Shown here one piece after another: positions 35,600-48,699 of a DNA stretch of 64,000 nt. Position 1 is the stretch's first letter, and every line of letters starts with the position of its first letter. The translations under genes and the position numbers were made by a program. The stretch lies in NCBI RefSeq assembly GCF_020745735.1, contig NW_026867509.1, positions 1,922,001 to 1,986,000 of the forward strand, written 5' to 3'. The notes below the pieces were generated by a model, which was not told the DNA's origin, did no database searches, and was given only the letters and a program-made list of their open reading frames with translations. Source of the stretch: Hemiscyllium ocellatum (Eukaryota).

Positions 35600-36680
35600 T
35601 TGTATGACCAGGTTGGAAGACAATGAATCCTTTTCCACATTCAGGATAATGGACGGTGTTGTTCCAATGTGAAGACGCCCGTGTACCAGCAGCACAGATG
35701 AAGTAGTGAATTCCTCCCCCAGTCAAGAAAGGCGTTTTTTTTCTATTGGTAAGACGAATCATTGGTGTGCCAAACGTTTGGATGAAGTGGTAAATATCTT
35801 TCCACACCCATGGCCAGAGATCGTAATCACGTGGCATGATTTCGCTGATATACAGTAAGTTGAGATGATCTCTTGAACCCAGTGCCAAAGTGAGATGCGA
35901 AGAATGGTCTCTCGTCATTATGAACACATTGATGAAGAATCAGTTCACCAGAAACTGTACAGAATTTCTCGCAGTTTGGACTTTTAAAATGTCTCTTCTC
36001 TCTGCAGTGTGAATCCGCTGATATGTCAGCACGTGTGGTGACTCAATGAATCCCTTTCCATACTCAGCACAGATGATCGGCTTCTACTCAATGTGATTGC
36101 ATCAATGAATTTCCAACTCAATCGGGTATTTGAACCTTTTCCCACAATCGCTAGCGCAGGTGAAATTGAATTCGCCAATCTGGATGATCTTTCGAACCCT
36201 TCTCAATACTCATGCATGTTCGTCTAATTTGACATTTATTAGTGACATGACTATTGAAGAGATTTTGCTTGAAAGCTATGTTCACTTCTGCCATCTTTCA
36301 AAGTTGTGGATCTGCTCCGAAAATTTACTTATTCAATTATCCCACAACAGTCCAAATTTATCCTGGTTATCATTGAACTGTCACCCTCGTCAGAAGTACT
36401 TTATCCATGAGAATCTTAATTTTTTTCTCTGTTTTGTCGTCAACGTTGCTTTGGCGTTCCGACCACTGAATGCATCGTTCAGGAGAATATACCTTGAAAG
36501 TGTCAGAACTATTTCTGCTTGAAAACAGGACAATTTGATCGCAAGTTATCTGGCTCCTATCCACTCATATCCATTGAAGTTGGGTTTCCACTTCCTGGAT
36601 CTTATTCTTAGCTGCAGCCGTTGCCAACAGACGGAAGAAATGGACGTTTGTCTTCCAACTTCCAAAAAAATGGTGCTCAG
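35600..36680 (-). pseudogene. Decayed C2H2 zinc-finger array gene
   Basis: Broken fingers [69 protein letters not shown] and HYPECGKGF, with stops and frameshifts. Confidence 0.8.
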
Positions 36681-39059
36681 AACATAATGGATTAAACGAC
36701 TCTGTCAGATCTTGATGTGACAGATGAGTTCAGTTTCTCCGCCACCGAGTCTCTGCTTTAAATACAGTACACGAAAAAGCAATAAAGACCTTCAATACCA
36801 GTTCAGAATGGAAATTCAGAAATGATCAACGTTTCGCTTTAGTAAATGCAGGAGATCTGAAATGAAGGAGAAACCTAACACGTTCCACAGCATCTGTGGA
36901 GAGCAAATGCTAATTGACATTTCAAGTTCAACCTCCCGTAAGTATAACGGGAAAATCTGCTTTTCTCGACAAAGATTCTGCCAGACATGACTTTCTTCTC
37001 ACTTCCAGCCTTCCTGCAGTATTCCTCTTGGTTTGAAATTTCCGTGAGTAAATCCTCTGCAAAAAGATTTAATAAACCCCACCCCTGTCCATTTTGCAGA
37101 GATATTCATGGCTTGCCACTCCACAATCAGGATTAATGCGCACGCACGCTGTTGGCCGTTGCACCCCACCAACAAAAATGTCAACCTATAGTCGTGGCTT
37201 GTGTTTGAGACACGCGGCACCACAGCTTCAGATTAGTTCATTGTCAGTGCGGGACTATGAGTGCCTTATTCGGGTTTTGAGGTCTGTAATCGGTGTTTAT
37301 GAAAGCTCCCCCGTCCCCCCGCCATCACCTCCAATGTCTTTCCCACATTCTGCTTTCTTTCACATTTCACGGGGACCACGTAACCATCGTCCTGCAGCAG
37401 GTACGGCCACGTTGTCCATGCATCTTTCACAACACCGACTGTGCATGATCAAATCGGAATTGCACTGCTCATGATCCTATTGCGACGGTCTGGACATGGG
37501 CAGGAGATATTGCAAAATAAAAGGGTATGCTTTTGAATCTGATTCCACGTAACTTCTGGATATTTGCAGAGCTTGTATTTAGTAACACATTGTCCATCAA
37601 TGATATCTCGGCTTGCAGTCCAATCTCGGATACTGCAATAATAAAATACTGAAATAATAAAAACGTAATAAAGAGGGTGTTTGGGTGGTGCTTGAAATTC
37701 GAAAGTTGCCAAAGAAATTGGTAACGTCGGATACAATTCTGACATTTAAACGTCATTTGTTTGGGTACATGAATAGGCCGATTTTCAACGGATATCAAAT
37801 GGTGGCAAATGGGTCACAACCAGTTTATTAAAAAGTTGAGCCAAAAGTTCTGCTCTGTACTGTGCAACTGTGTATTTATTTAGGAAGTTGATTTCATATT
37901 TAATATGCATTCTCAGCTATTTTTCAAATCAAATATGTCTTCATTTATATCAATAGATTTCCAAAATATTCTCCACCATACACAACGTGTTGATGGAAAG
38001 TAAAGTTGGCTGCTGCTGTGCAAATCCCTGGTTAGATCATAAAGTGAGCACTGGGTATAGTTCTGGGACGGCACACTATATATGGTCCATATTAACATTG
38101 AAAGTTCCAGATCGTTTTAAAAATTGAATTCGATCACCTCACTGTTAACTTCATGTCCACATCTAACTTATCCGATGCAATGATTATTGCATACCTGTCC
38201 TGTGATTGAACTAAATATTTTATTAATGGGCGCTCCCAATCGTGTTGCACAGAAATGCTTCACATTGATGGAACTTGCCTTTTGGTTTTGAAATGTAATC
38301 ACTATTTGGCCAAGACTTTCTTTCCTCTGTTATGTGAACACTTTTGTTTCTTCTCTTCCTTTATGCTCTCTCGTTCATTTTAAGGTCAATTGGAATAATG
38401 AAGAAAGTCAGAACAAACTGTAGACTAACCGATGAGCAAATCAATATCTTTCTCTGCTGGTCCCGTTCATCAATTTTACACCAAGAGTAAAGACGTCTGT
38501 TTCTATCTTGTGATTGTTGTGGAATAGTTTTGCTGATTGATTACAAATTCCATTTAGAACTCTTAACCTTCACAATCCTTTGTGGGAAGTAATGGTTCTT
38601 CATATCATTCCTAAATTATGGACACATAATTGGGAGAATGTGAGCTCAGCTGTCGGTACTCCAGCCAATAGAGAAAGCCTATTTTGCACTCTACTCTCCG
38701 AATTTCGACGTTTGCAAGAGTGCAAAAGTAAAATTCGAGAAATGGACTTTCAGAGAGACCAAGACAGTGAAAGTGCATGTGCGCACGTGTCCATTTATTT
38801 GTGCTTTTGTTTCTGCATCCGCATATTTCGATGCCTCTGCTCCTGACACTCTGTGCGTGTTTGTAAGTATGAGTGCTTGTATTTAGTGTGTATTAATGTG
38901 TGATTCTATGTTTGTGCATATCTCGATATCTGAGTCTGGGTGCGATCGACTGTCTGTTGTTTTGGAGGTTGATTCAAAGGAAAGGGTCAAAACCTCTTTC
39001 TCTTTTTCTGTCTCTCTTGTTGAACAAGTCATCACATATTGCTGCTTACGTGGAACTGT

Positions 39060-39165
39060 GTCTCTATTTGTGTGTGTGTCTGTGTGTGTGCCTGTGCCTC
39101 TGTGTGCGTGTGTGTGTGTGTGTGTCTGTGCGCGTGTGTGTGCGTGTATTTTTGTGTATGTGTCC
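39060..39165 (+). repeat. Interrupted (TG)n microsatellite
   Basis: Compound TG/TC/CG runs. Similar runs at 10660-10700, 52000-52130 and 52925-52940. Confidence 0.9.
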
Positions 39166-41545
39166 ATCTAATCCTGCAATGGGACAATCTTTGTCCGGGA
39201 GGGACGTTTGAATGAACGATTAAAACCTGATGAATCAGAGGCTCAGAATCTCTCTCTCCATCTTCATGTCTGTCAGTTCATTTTCTGTTTAAAGTAATGT
39301 AAAGCCGCCCTCTACTGGCTTCCCCATGCCATTGTTATGTGTTTGAACTGATTCAGTTTCTTCCAATGTTTCATTGTTAGAATCATGTGACATTTCGATG
39401 TCTCTCAAATGAGTGCTGGTGTTCCATGCTTCATCGAAATACTTTACTATTCCAAAAGTGTTTGTTATATTTTCTACAGCGCCTCATTTGTTTAACAGTA
39501 AATCACAATTTGCCATCTCAAAAGACACGCAAAACGTTCTGTATTCATTACCTAAACGAGCAGCGTTAGTCCATTAAAAGAAAATATTTCCAATAATTGA
39601 AGTTTTGTGTTATCACCAACAAACGAATTGTGAAACATTTCAAGCTTACTTGTCTGCTCGTCTCTGGGAGAAGCAATATACTGCAGAGTCTGTGAGTTTC
39701 TGTTTTCAACAGTTTCAACTGCTATGAGTGGTTCATGAGGAAATTCCGAAGAAAATCAACTTTCCAGAAAACCCCAGCTGTTGTCACTGGTAAAGGCAAA
39801 AATATGTGCCCTTTCCTAATTGTTCCTTGAATTGATTGCCTTGTAAAATATATTCTGAGGTCAATGAAGAGTCAAACGGTTCATCAGTTCTCGAGGTACA
39901 TGCACACCAAGCAACATTGCGAACTTGCACTATCCAACCGATATCAAAGCTTGTCTTTTTTTAAAAACATACCAGTTGATTTCCGTGTCACGCCTGCAAT
40001 TAAAGGAACGAGTTAATTCCAGATTATCTAATAACTGAATTTTCATTCCGCCAGCCACTCTCCCTGTAGAATATTAGCCTGAGCGATCAATTCGAAAAAT
40101 CAGTCAGAAGAGTTCACAAAATCCAGAGGAAATCCCAGCACAATCATATGTCTCTCTGAATTTTAAATTACAGATCAAGCCCAACTTTGTGACAATCCTG
40201 ATGTGGAACACAGATATTCACGGAGAAATCCAAAAGTCGAGGAATGTATTGAAATAAGTCCAGCAAAACGCTTCACAGCTTTAAAGGAAAGAAAAATAAG
40301 ATTGAGGCTGCGTAAAATATCAAGTAAACCGACCAACACATTTTTAAATTGCTCAAGAAATGACTTGTGCCTTCGCATAGGTTCATCTCTATGCGAAAAC
40401 ATTTTGCCAACAAGATACATTAGGCCGAGGCTTTCAATTTATGCAAATCTGCTTTCGGCAGATTTTATTGATTACATGGAACCCAAAGCGTACATGGTGC
40501 AGACAGACAGTTGGAAAAGAGAGAAAAGCTCGACCAGACATTGTCCTGTCGATTATTGCAGCATTCTGGAATGGTCAAATATGCGAGCCCATGACATATG
40601 TTCCGATTCAGTAACTGGGCAAGCATAGAATCTAAATTGAAACATGATCTGCTGCAATACAATCAAAGGTATCACTTGATGCAGTATGACTGGTTACATG
40701 GTTTCATTTAATGTTGTACAAACAGAGACTGGATCCAGTGCAGTTGCATTTTTAAACAACACCAGATTCATGCCATGTACATTATCTAGATTTCACGACC
40801 ATCAGCAAGACGTACTTTCGTCATGGAAATGCTATGTAAAGTTGATTTTACTTCGTGGTCCTAAGGTTAACAATGGAATCATAGAAACAGTAGAACACAA
40901 AAGGTAGCCAATTCGACTATTGTGAATGTCCTCTAAAAGAGCAATTCACCAGTGGCCACCTCGACTTCCATGGAACAGAACCATTTCTGCTGTTCAGAAA
41001 TGCAAGTCTTCCGTTTCAAAAGTCTCTTTAGATTCTGCCTCCGACAAATTCTCAGTTAGATTCCGACAAATTCTAAGTTTTTGCTGTGTTGATCAACTTG
41101 ATTGTGTCATTGTTCTTCCGTCTCCCAGGTTCCTGAAATGTGCACATTGTTTGCTTGTCAATCCATGCATCCTACGGGAACTATTTCCTCCTCCAGTCTG
41201 TTCAGACTCCAAGTGATTTTAAATCGCTCGACCTCATCTACATTCAGACTTTTCATTTCCCAAGCAAGTAGGCACAAACTCACCGATCTTTACATGTAAC
41301 AGGTGTTCCTCATCGCTGGGGCAATTTCATAAACAATTTCTTGCTCACCTCTCAGAATTTCGTAATAGTGACCGAAGATGCAGACTTTGATTTTCCACAC
41401 CACCCAGAAATGCAGCACCTTCAATTGTTCTGTATTCTATCATTATTGGTGCAAGAGAGAGTCTTAGATTTCACGAGTTCAGAAGCTAAAATATCCAAAA
41501 TTGTAATGCAGCAAAACATTCTGAGAGACAATGATGTAAGAGAAT

Positions 41546-44255
41546 TTATGTGATGATTTTCTGTTGCGTTTTTCGCCATTTAAACCAACTGGTGATAAAG
41601 ACAAGAGGACACATCAGCACTTTCTTCACTTCCTCTCGGAACGTATTCTGAGATATCGCGTAGATGAAGACGTTGTTGCAGGAACTGAGTAACTGGAGCA
41701 TATTTATAATTTCTGAGAGTATGTATTTTGGGTTATTGAAATCTAGTCCACCAAAGTAGTCCTGTCCTGTAACCAGAATGTAGAGAAATCTTCCGACATA
41801 TGTGCCCCACAGGAATAGAAAGCTGATGGAGATGGCGTACAGCAGAACAATGGACCTCTTGCGTTTGGCCACCTCGTGATCTTCACCGTTCAGAGAGCCA
41901 CGGAGCCTCCTGCGTAACGCATTAACGTCTAAAATATGCCTAACAGTGAGGGCGTTAAGCAGTAGAATGAGAAAGAATGGAAGAAGTGGAATCAAGACAC
42001 GGTCAAGTGGTAGGCCTGCCAAGCAGGTGAAGTGTAGACTATAGGCTTGATGCCACAGAACAAAGGCATCCCATCCAATATAACCAAGGGTTGAGAGATA
42101 AAGAACAAAGGGATGTTCTTGCTGCAGAACAAGAAGCAGATCACGCCTATGACGAGCAATGCAGTTTTCTCAGTGCAGTATCTGGTACTCAGACTCGGGC
42201 AGGTGATGGCCACAAAACGATCAATGGTGAAAGCTACTGTCAGCCAGACTGATCCATCACGGCTGATGTAGACCACAACTGCAGTAAACGAGCACATTGG
42301 CGTAGCAGATAGGATTGTGTACCTAAGATAAATGCGACCAATCCTGTTCAGAATGCACCCGGTGAAAATAACAAGGAAATCAGCGAAAGCTATTGCCATC
42401 AGGTAGTTGGTGACACAACGTGAGAGTCCGCATCGTCCTCGGGATAGCGTTATGATTGCCACCAAGTTGGCTGCAAGTTGTCAAAAGAGAGAGTTGTTAC
42501 AATGCTGATTTCAAATGCTTGCCATTGTCTCGTCCATTCTGTTATTGCTATCATCTCAAACATTCATTCATCACTCTGAGATAATGACACTTCTATAAGT
42601 ATAGTGTCACTGCTGAATAAATCATTTGTCAATACAGGGGCTACTCAAATCTGTATCACCACAATTTCTTCCTTCTGGTAATATCCACCCATGCATTCCA
42701 AGATTGCAGAAAAAGAGAATTCCTAATGTGTGGAAAGAAGTCACTTGCGGTTCAAATATTTAATCTCCGAAGGGCATCCCATCTATCCTCAGTTTGTCCC
42801 CGTAGTCATGCGTTTATCAGAGATAGCCCATCTAAATGCATACCACCTGTTCACAATGGCGCAATTTAGCTTGGCCAATTCATCTTATCTGGATATCTTG
42901 TACTATGGGAGGAATCCTGACCAAGCAACATGCGCCTATGCATACACAGGAAACATATGAAAAACCCACACAGATAAGGATGGACTGGAACCCTGGTCCC
43001 TCACATTCGCATAGTATGTAGTTCATCCCTTGTCCCAAGCATATTGCCATACTATGGGTCTCCGCCTGGCAACACCTCACTTTCATTAATCTCATCTTAA
43101 TGTGTATAAGGTCAGTAATTGCCGCTTGCATCTATTTGGAATTCGTAAACGTCTGTCATCACCATGTGCCGCCAATTTTGTTCTTTTGTGCATCCCTGAA
43201 GCATGTCATCTCTCTCACTTAATCTATAGTTATCGAGCATCTAATCCCTGGAAGTCTCTCCCTGGAAGGGTATTTCTACTCTTCTTTCTTAAGAATGCTT
43301 CTAATAATCTATCCCTTTGATAAACACATTGTTGCTCACGCTGCTATTCCTTCCATCTTTCAACAGAATTTCGTAATGTCCACGCTCCTATGAATCAATG
43401 AATCTTGACATAATGCGATGGTTGAAAGAACATGTACAACCCGATCTTCTCCAGTGCTAAAACGAAATTGAGACAGCCAAATTGCATTATCATTAAAATA
43501 TGAGTATTCATACAAAAACCAAAATGAAAATGTACAAAACCTATCAGCGTAAGATAATTCGCGACATAGATTATAGCAATTTTCTCTCTCCTCTCCATTT
43601 TCAAATGTGTCCAAGTCTTATTTAAAATCACATTTAAAATATTGACTTTAATGGGAACTCACTGCAGCATAACTATTATATATTTCACGAAAATCTCACC
43701 ATTGATTTTTATAAAAACTGAACGTATTTTTTCGAAGTTAGCATGCCCTTAACGTGATCATTGTATGATATGAATTACTTATAATAATGCCATATGATGT
43801 GTATACGAAAATCGAACTGCTTGCAACATGACACACAATCACTCACATGTCACAAAGTGGTTGTTTGAGTTGTGTGCAACATCATTACAGAAACTATTAT
43901 TCTGCAAAATAACAGGCTGATGTTCACGCAATGTCATACGTTAAAATTCATATTCCAGCACGCAAATACATGACATACTTGTGACAGTGTCATGCAACAA
44001 ATTGAGCTACATATTTTAAAGCTTTATATAAAGTAGCAGCTTAAGATATTGCTGCTTCGTTGATCAATCTCAATCTCAGAAAATGTTGAGTTCTGCAAAT
44101 AAATTCAGCCTGGACCTGAACAGCAATGTTTCCAAAGATGCATAGAACAGAAAATAACATTATCTTTTTGTCAACTATTATTTACCAGGGGCACCAACAG
44201 CAGCGACAATGGGGTAAGCAATTCCAAAGGACAGTCCTTTCGCTGGCCCGTGCAT
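41546..44255 (-). pseudogene. GPR139-like class A GPCR (copy C), intact except for one frameshift at ~42005
   Basis: Exon 1 44255-44186 MHGPAKGLSFGIAYPIVAAVGAP/gtaaat. Exon 2 42470-41546 ANLVAIITLSRGRCGLSRCVTNYLMAIAFADFLV...TIDRFVAITCP...WQAYH, frameshift, DRVLIPLLPFF...NNVFIYAISQNTFREEVKK..., stop TAA. About 4 nt missing relative to paralogue A (YDWMDH). Confidence 0.9.
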
Positions 44256-45419
44256 TGTTTTTTTCCCCAGAAACTAAAGCAATTGGAAAGAACTGAGCCC
44301 TGAAAAATGCACAGAGTCGCACATATATTCCATCTTGGTGTCTCTAGAGAAATAATTAAGTTGGATCATTCAGCTCAATTACAGTTCAGTCAACAGCAAA
44401 TTAACTCCGGTTTTGATGCCTTCCATTTTGACAATTAGCAATGCAGCTGCTGCCATCAACTACATGGACGAATTGGCTCCATAAATGTCTGATGCGCTCA
44501 TCCTCACAAACCATGGTTTTCTGTCTACCTTTCGTTTCCATCGCCACAATATTAAACCTAAAATTGATGCTTCTGTAATTTACACTTTTCATGTACTTTT
44601 TTGATGTGACAAGCCAGATTGGGTCATTTGCTTGGTCTGTTCATCATGATTGTTATGTTTTATGCCTTAATGTGACCAAATCGCTGAACTATTTGAAATT
44701 CCGTAGATATCAGATGCACATTTTTGACGATGGAAATACGCAAAACGATTCGTTTGTCCCGCTAATGGAGAAGTGCAGACACGTCTTCAACTTTCAACTT
44801 CTGGTTCAGTGTTTAGAAAGCTCGAATTGTGGGCTGGGGTTTGCTATATTTGCTAAATGCTTCAACAGGTAAAGTAGCAACTTGTATTTTGATTTGGAAT
44901 ATCGTATAAAAAGCATTGGTAATTAGAGGCACTTCCGTTTTAAAGGAACAAAAATAGAGATAATATGATAGAAAAATAAATAAAACATGGTACCTTGCAG
45001 TAGCCATTATGATAGGGCCTGATCCATTCGACAACGTCATTTTGACTCACCAGCATTAACACCAACACTAACAGCTAAACCTCGATTAATTGTTTAAGTT
45101 TGTGCAATCATGGTCTATGGCATGGCAATAGGTTGGTGAGCCATCTTTTAAACACACTGCATCTGATATAAGTGCATAAGTTACATATGCGATGCTGAAA
45201 GATGAAGTTACACAAAACCAGCTTTTGACAATGTAGATTGTTGACAACATGGTAGTAGGGCATGCAGCCTATTGAAACCAAACTGACCCACTGAAAAGCA
45301 TGAAACCTATTCTATTGCATTCCAGTAACCACTCTTTTTCCCACCCCTAATCGACATAGCCTACACATGATTGAACTATGTGCAGATACCTGGAGCACAG
45401 CAACAATTTGTACAAGCCA

Positions 45420-45712
45420 TGAAGATGTTCACCCGAAAGTGGAAAAGAACCTATGTCCCCAGTGCAGTGCGACAGCCTTACAACCACTAAATTGCCCGTT
45501 CCGTTCTGGTTCTGGCAGTATTCCAGCTGCATCATGGAATATCTCCTGAAGATAAACCATTACATCAAGACCACAGACGTTTCGAATCCGGCTTTTTCTC
45601 TGAGTTTGATCATATGAACTGCACTATCCAGCTGAATGTGTTGAAAACAGAATTGGCAGAATCCATTATGCACTGAGCCCCACAGACACTCAGAGCATGG
45701 CCAACCAAAAGC
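45420..45712 (+). pseudogene. TCR V pseudogene related to the V at 61219
   Basis: FWFWQY..MEYLLK, then FDHMNCTIQLNVLKTELAES (cf. FDPVNRTIKLNVLSTELTDS). The YYC is deleted; it ends GCACTGAGCCC. RSS remnant CACAGAC-16-ACCAAAAGC. Confidence 0.8.
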
Positions 45713-46259
45713 TGTCAGACGGCCACTGAACATGATAGCATGTCAATGAAACAGTGAGATGAGGGCAGATCTGCGGTGGCACCCGAATTCACGGTGACAT
45801 CATCTATCTCATTCGAAGACAAAGCATTAATCATTATTAACCTCCTATTAAAATGAGCTAACGTCGTTAGTTCAATTAATGATACAAATAATATTGTACT
45901 TTGTGCCTTTTGATACGTCCCAAACTATTTCAATACTTCAGTGACGTTGTGGTGTCGAAAATGCAGGAACTAGTTTAGGTTAAACAGAATCCTTTAGCGA
46001 CATAAGGAATTGTAGAAGTCGTTTGACAAACAATAACGTATCACACATTTCTCTCAATCAAACAGCCATACATCGAGAACAACGTCAACCAAATTGCAGG
46101 TTACTCAGCACTGCCCCGGACTTCCATATTTGCAACTCCAGAAAGGTGAACTAGAGGTTCAGCGACTCAGTATCGTGCAGACCTTGTCAGCATATCAATA
46201 AGAAAACGGGTTCTAAAACACGTCTGAATAATAATAACCAATCAAAAAGATACAGAATA

Positions 46260-47930
46260 TAGAACATAGAACGTCAGAGCGCAGTCCAGGCCTTTCGGCC
46301 CTCGATTTTACACCCACACGTGAAATTAATTTGATGCCCATTAAACCTGCACCATTCCATTGCTATCCATATGCATGTTCAATGCCATGTAAATTCCCTT
46401 AATATCTGCAAGATTAACTACTGTTGTAGGCAGGCCGTTTCACGCCCATTCTAATGTCTGAGCATAGAAACTGCCCCTGACATCTATCCGAAATCTATCA
46501 CTCCTCAGTTTAAAGTCATGCAATCTTGTTTACGCCTTCACAATCCGAGGAAAAAGGCTCTCACTGTCCACCCTATCTTAGCCTCTGATTATCTTGTGCA
46601 TCTCGACTAATTCACCTCTCAACCTTCTTGTCTCCATCGAAATCAGCCTCAGTTCCCTCAGGCTTTCCTCGTAAGACCTTCCTTCCAACATCCTAGTAAA
46701 TCTCCGCTGAACCCTTTTCAAAACTTTCACGTCCTTCTTATAATGCAGTGACCAGAACTGCAAACAATTTTCCAGGTGCGAACTTACCAGTGTCTTGAAT
46801 AGCTGAATCATGACCTCAAGGCCCCGAAGCTCAGTTTCCTGACCAATGACGCCAACACACCATATGCCCTCTTAGCAACCGTTACAACCTGGGTCACAAC
46901 TTGCAGGGATTTATGCACCTGGATACCGAGACCCCTCTGTGCATCGACACTGCAAAGAGTTTTAGTATTAATCCAGTACTTTGCATTCCTGTTACTCCTT
47001 CTGAAGTGAACAATCTCATTCACTTTTCGCATTATATTCCATTTACCATTTCTCAGTCCAGCTCTGCATCTTCCCTGTGTCCCTCTGCAACCACAATATC
47101 CTTCGGCACTATCCACAACTTTGCCTACGTTAATGTCATGCTTCTACGCCCACATCCAGATCATTTATAAAAATGACAAGCAGCATTGACCCAAAACAGA
47201 TCCTTGTAGCACACCACTGGTAACGGAGTTGCAGGATGAACATTTTGCATCAACTACCACTTTCTGTCTTCTTTCAGCTCGCCAATGCCTGATCTAAATC
47301 TCTGAATCAACTTCAGTCCCGCAATTCCGTACTTGTGCATTAGCCTACCATGTGGAATCTTATCAAACGCCTTATTTAAGTCCATATACACCGCATCAAC
47401 CGCTTTACTTCATCCACCTTCTTTGTCACCGTTTTAAGAACTCAGTGAAGTTTGTTAAGTGCAATCTACCTTGCAGAGAATCGCGTTGGCTATGGTTAAT
47501 CAAATTATTGATTTCCACATGATTACAAATCCTATCTCTTATAACTTTGCCCCACCCCTTATCCACAACAAAAGTAAAGCTCACTGGCTTATAATTTCTA
47601 AGGATGGCCGGAACCCCCCACTCCTTCTCAAACAATGGAACAACAGTTGATATCCTCCAGTCTTCTGGCACTACTCCTGTTGACAATGATGACATAAAGA
47701 TCACGGCCAAAGGCTCTACCTTATATTCCCTGGCTTCCCACAGTATCTGAGAATAAATCCCATCTAGCCCAGGGGCCTTATCTATTTTAAGATCTTCAAA
47801 AATTGCTAAAACCGCCTCTTTGCCAACTGCGAACCCATCTAATCTAGTATTCTGTATCATCATATCCTCACTAATCTTGCGCTTTTTCAATGTGAATACT
47901 GTCAAAAAGTATTCAATAAACGCTTTTCCA
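46260..47930 (-). mobile_element. CR1-type LINE, RT 3' half with tail
   Basis: KAPGLDGIY..NYKPVS, LFKTLV..LENCLQFW..QRRFTRML, and an (ATAGAAC)-type tail at ~46260. Confidence 0.88.
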
Positions 47931-47959
47931 TGTCCTCAGATTGCACATCGTGATGACTG

Positions 47960-48260
47960 GTTTGTGAGTCAGAGCTGCCAGTGGAAATCTCAGTGACATG
48001 AATCATCTGCTGTAAGTCTGGATGGAAATGAACATTTTTCTTCCTTCATTTAAAGTTTTCATTCTTTGTCAGCAGTTCACTTCCGGACATTGAAGTTCCA
48101 TAAAGAGCAATGAGTTCCTCTTGTTCCTCTGGTGATAATTGAAGAAAAGAAGAATCCTACTTTGAAATGGAGTCACAGAGGAGATATTCTGGATCCTGCA
48201 CATTCGAGTCTAGTGAAATCGCTTCTGCAGATTAAAGGACACCCTCGGGACTTGGAATCT
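47960..48260 (+). repeat. Unclassified dispersed repeat, copy 1 (copy 2 at ~62575-62880)
   Basis: Shared TGAGTCAGAGC(T/C)GCCAGT...CTGGATGGAAATGAACA...ATTCTTTGTCAGCA. Confidence 0.6.
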
Positions 48261-48699
48261 GTCAGGACCTAATACATTCTGCACAGTCCAAATAACTCTT
48301 TCGTTATAGAAGAAGTGAAACCTGTTGAGAAAAAAAAATCATGAAAGTTTATAATAGACGACTGCACGGATAGCTGAAATGGAAGTAGATTCGTTTGAGA
48401 TATCTGGTTGTCGTGGTTGAATTGGGCCAAAGGCTCTCTTTCCTTGCAGTATATCTTTATGATTCTCAAACGCAAAATTGTTCATTTTCTCTGAACACAG
48501 TGAAAAATAGCATAACTGGCTGCCATCAGAGGACAGGAGTAGCATGAAATAGATACATCCACATATAAAATCAGTGGCAGAACTCTGCAGAGAGTTAACT
48601 TTTCATGACATTGAATGTCGAATAAAATTTCATTAAAAAAAACATCAGAGTGCAATGGATATAGATGTAGGAGCAGGGGAAGTTATCCCAACTTCTGTC

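Noticed and set aside
37380-37745. Cys-rich ORF with W..LL..PDR..SSA spacing reminiscent of an Ig domain
   Set aside because: Motifs are too weak and scattered, with no YxC, splice sites or RSS. A profile search would be needed.
38883-39211. Overlapping ORFs rich in HT, CV and VC repeats
   Set aside because: These are translations of the (TG)n microsatellite.
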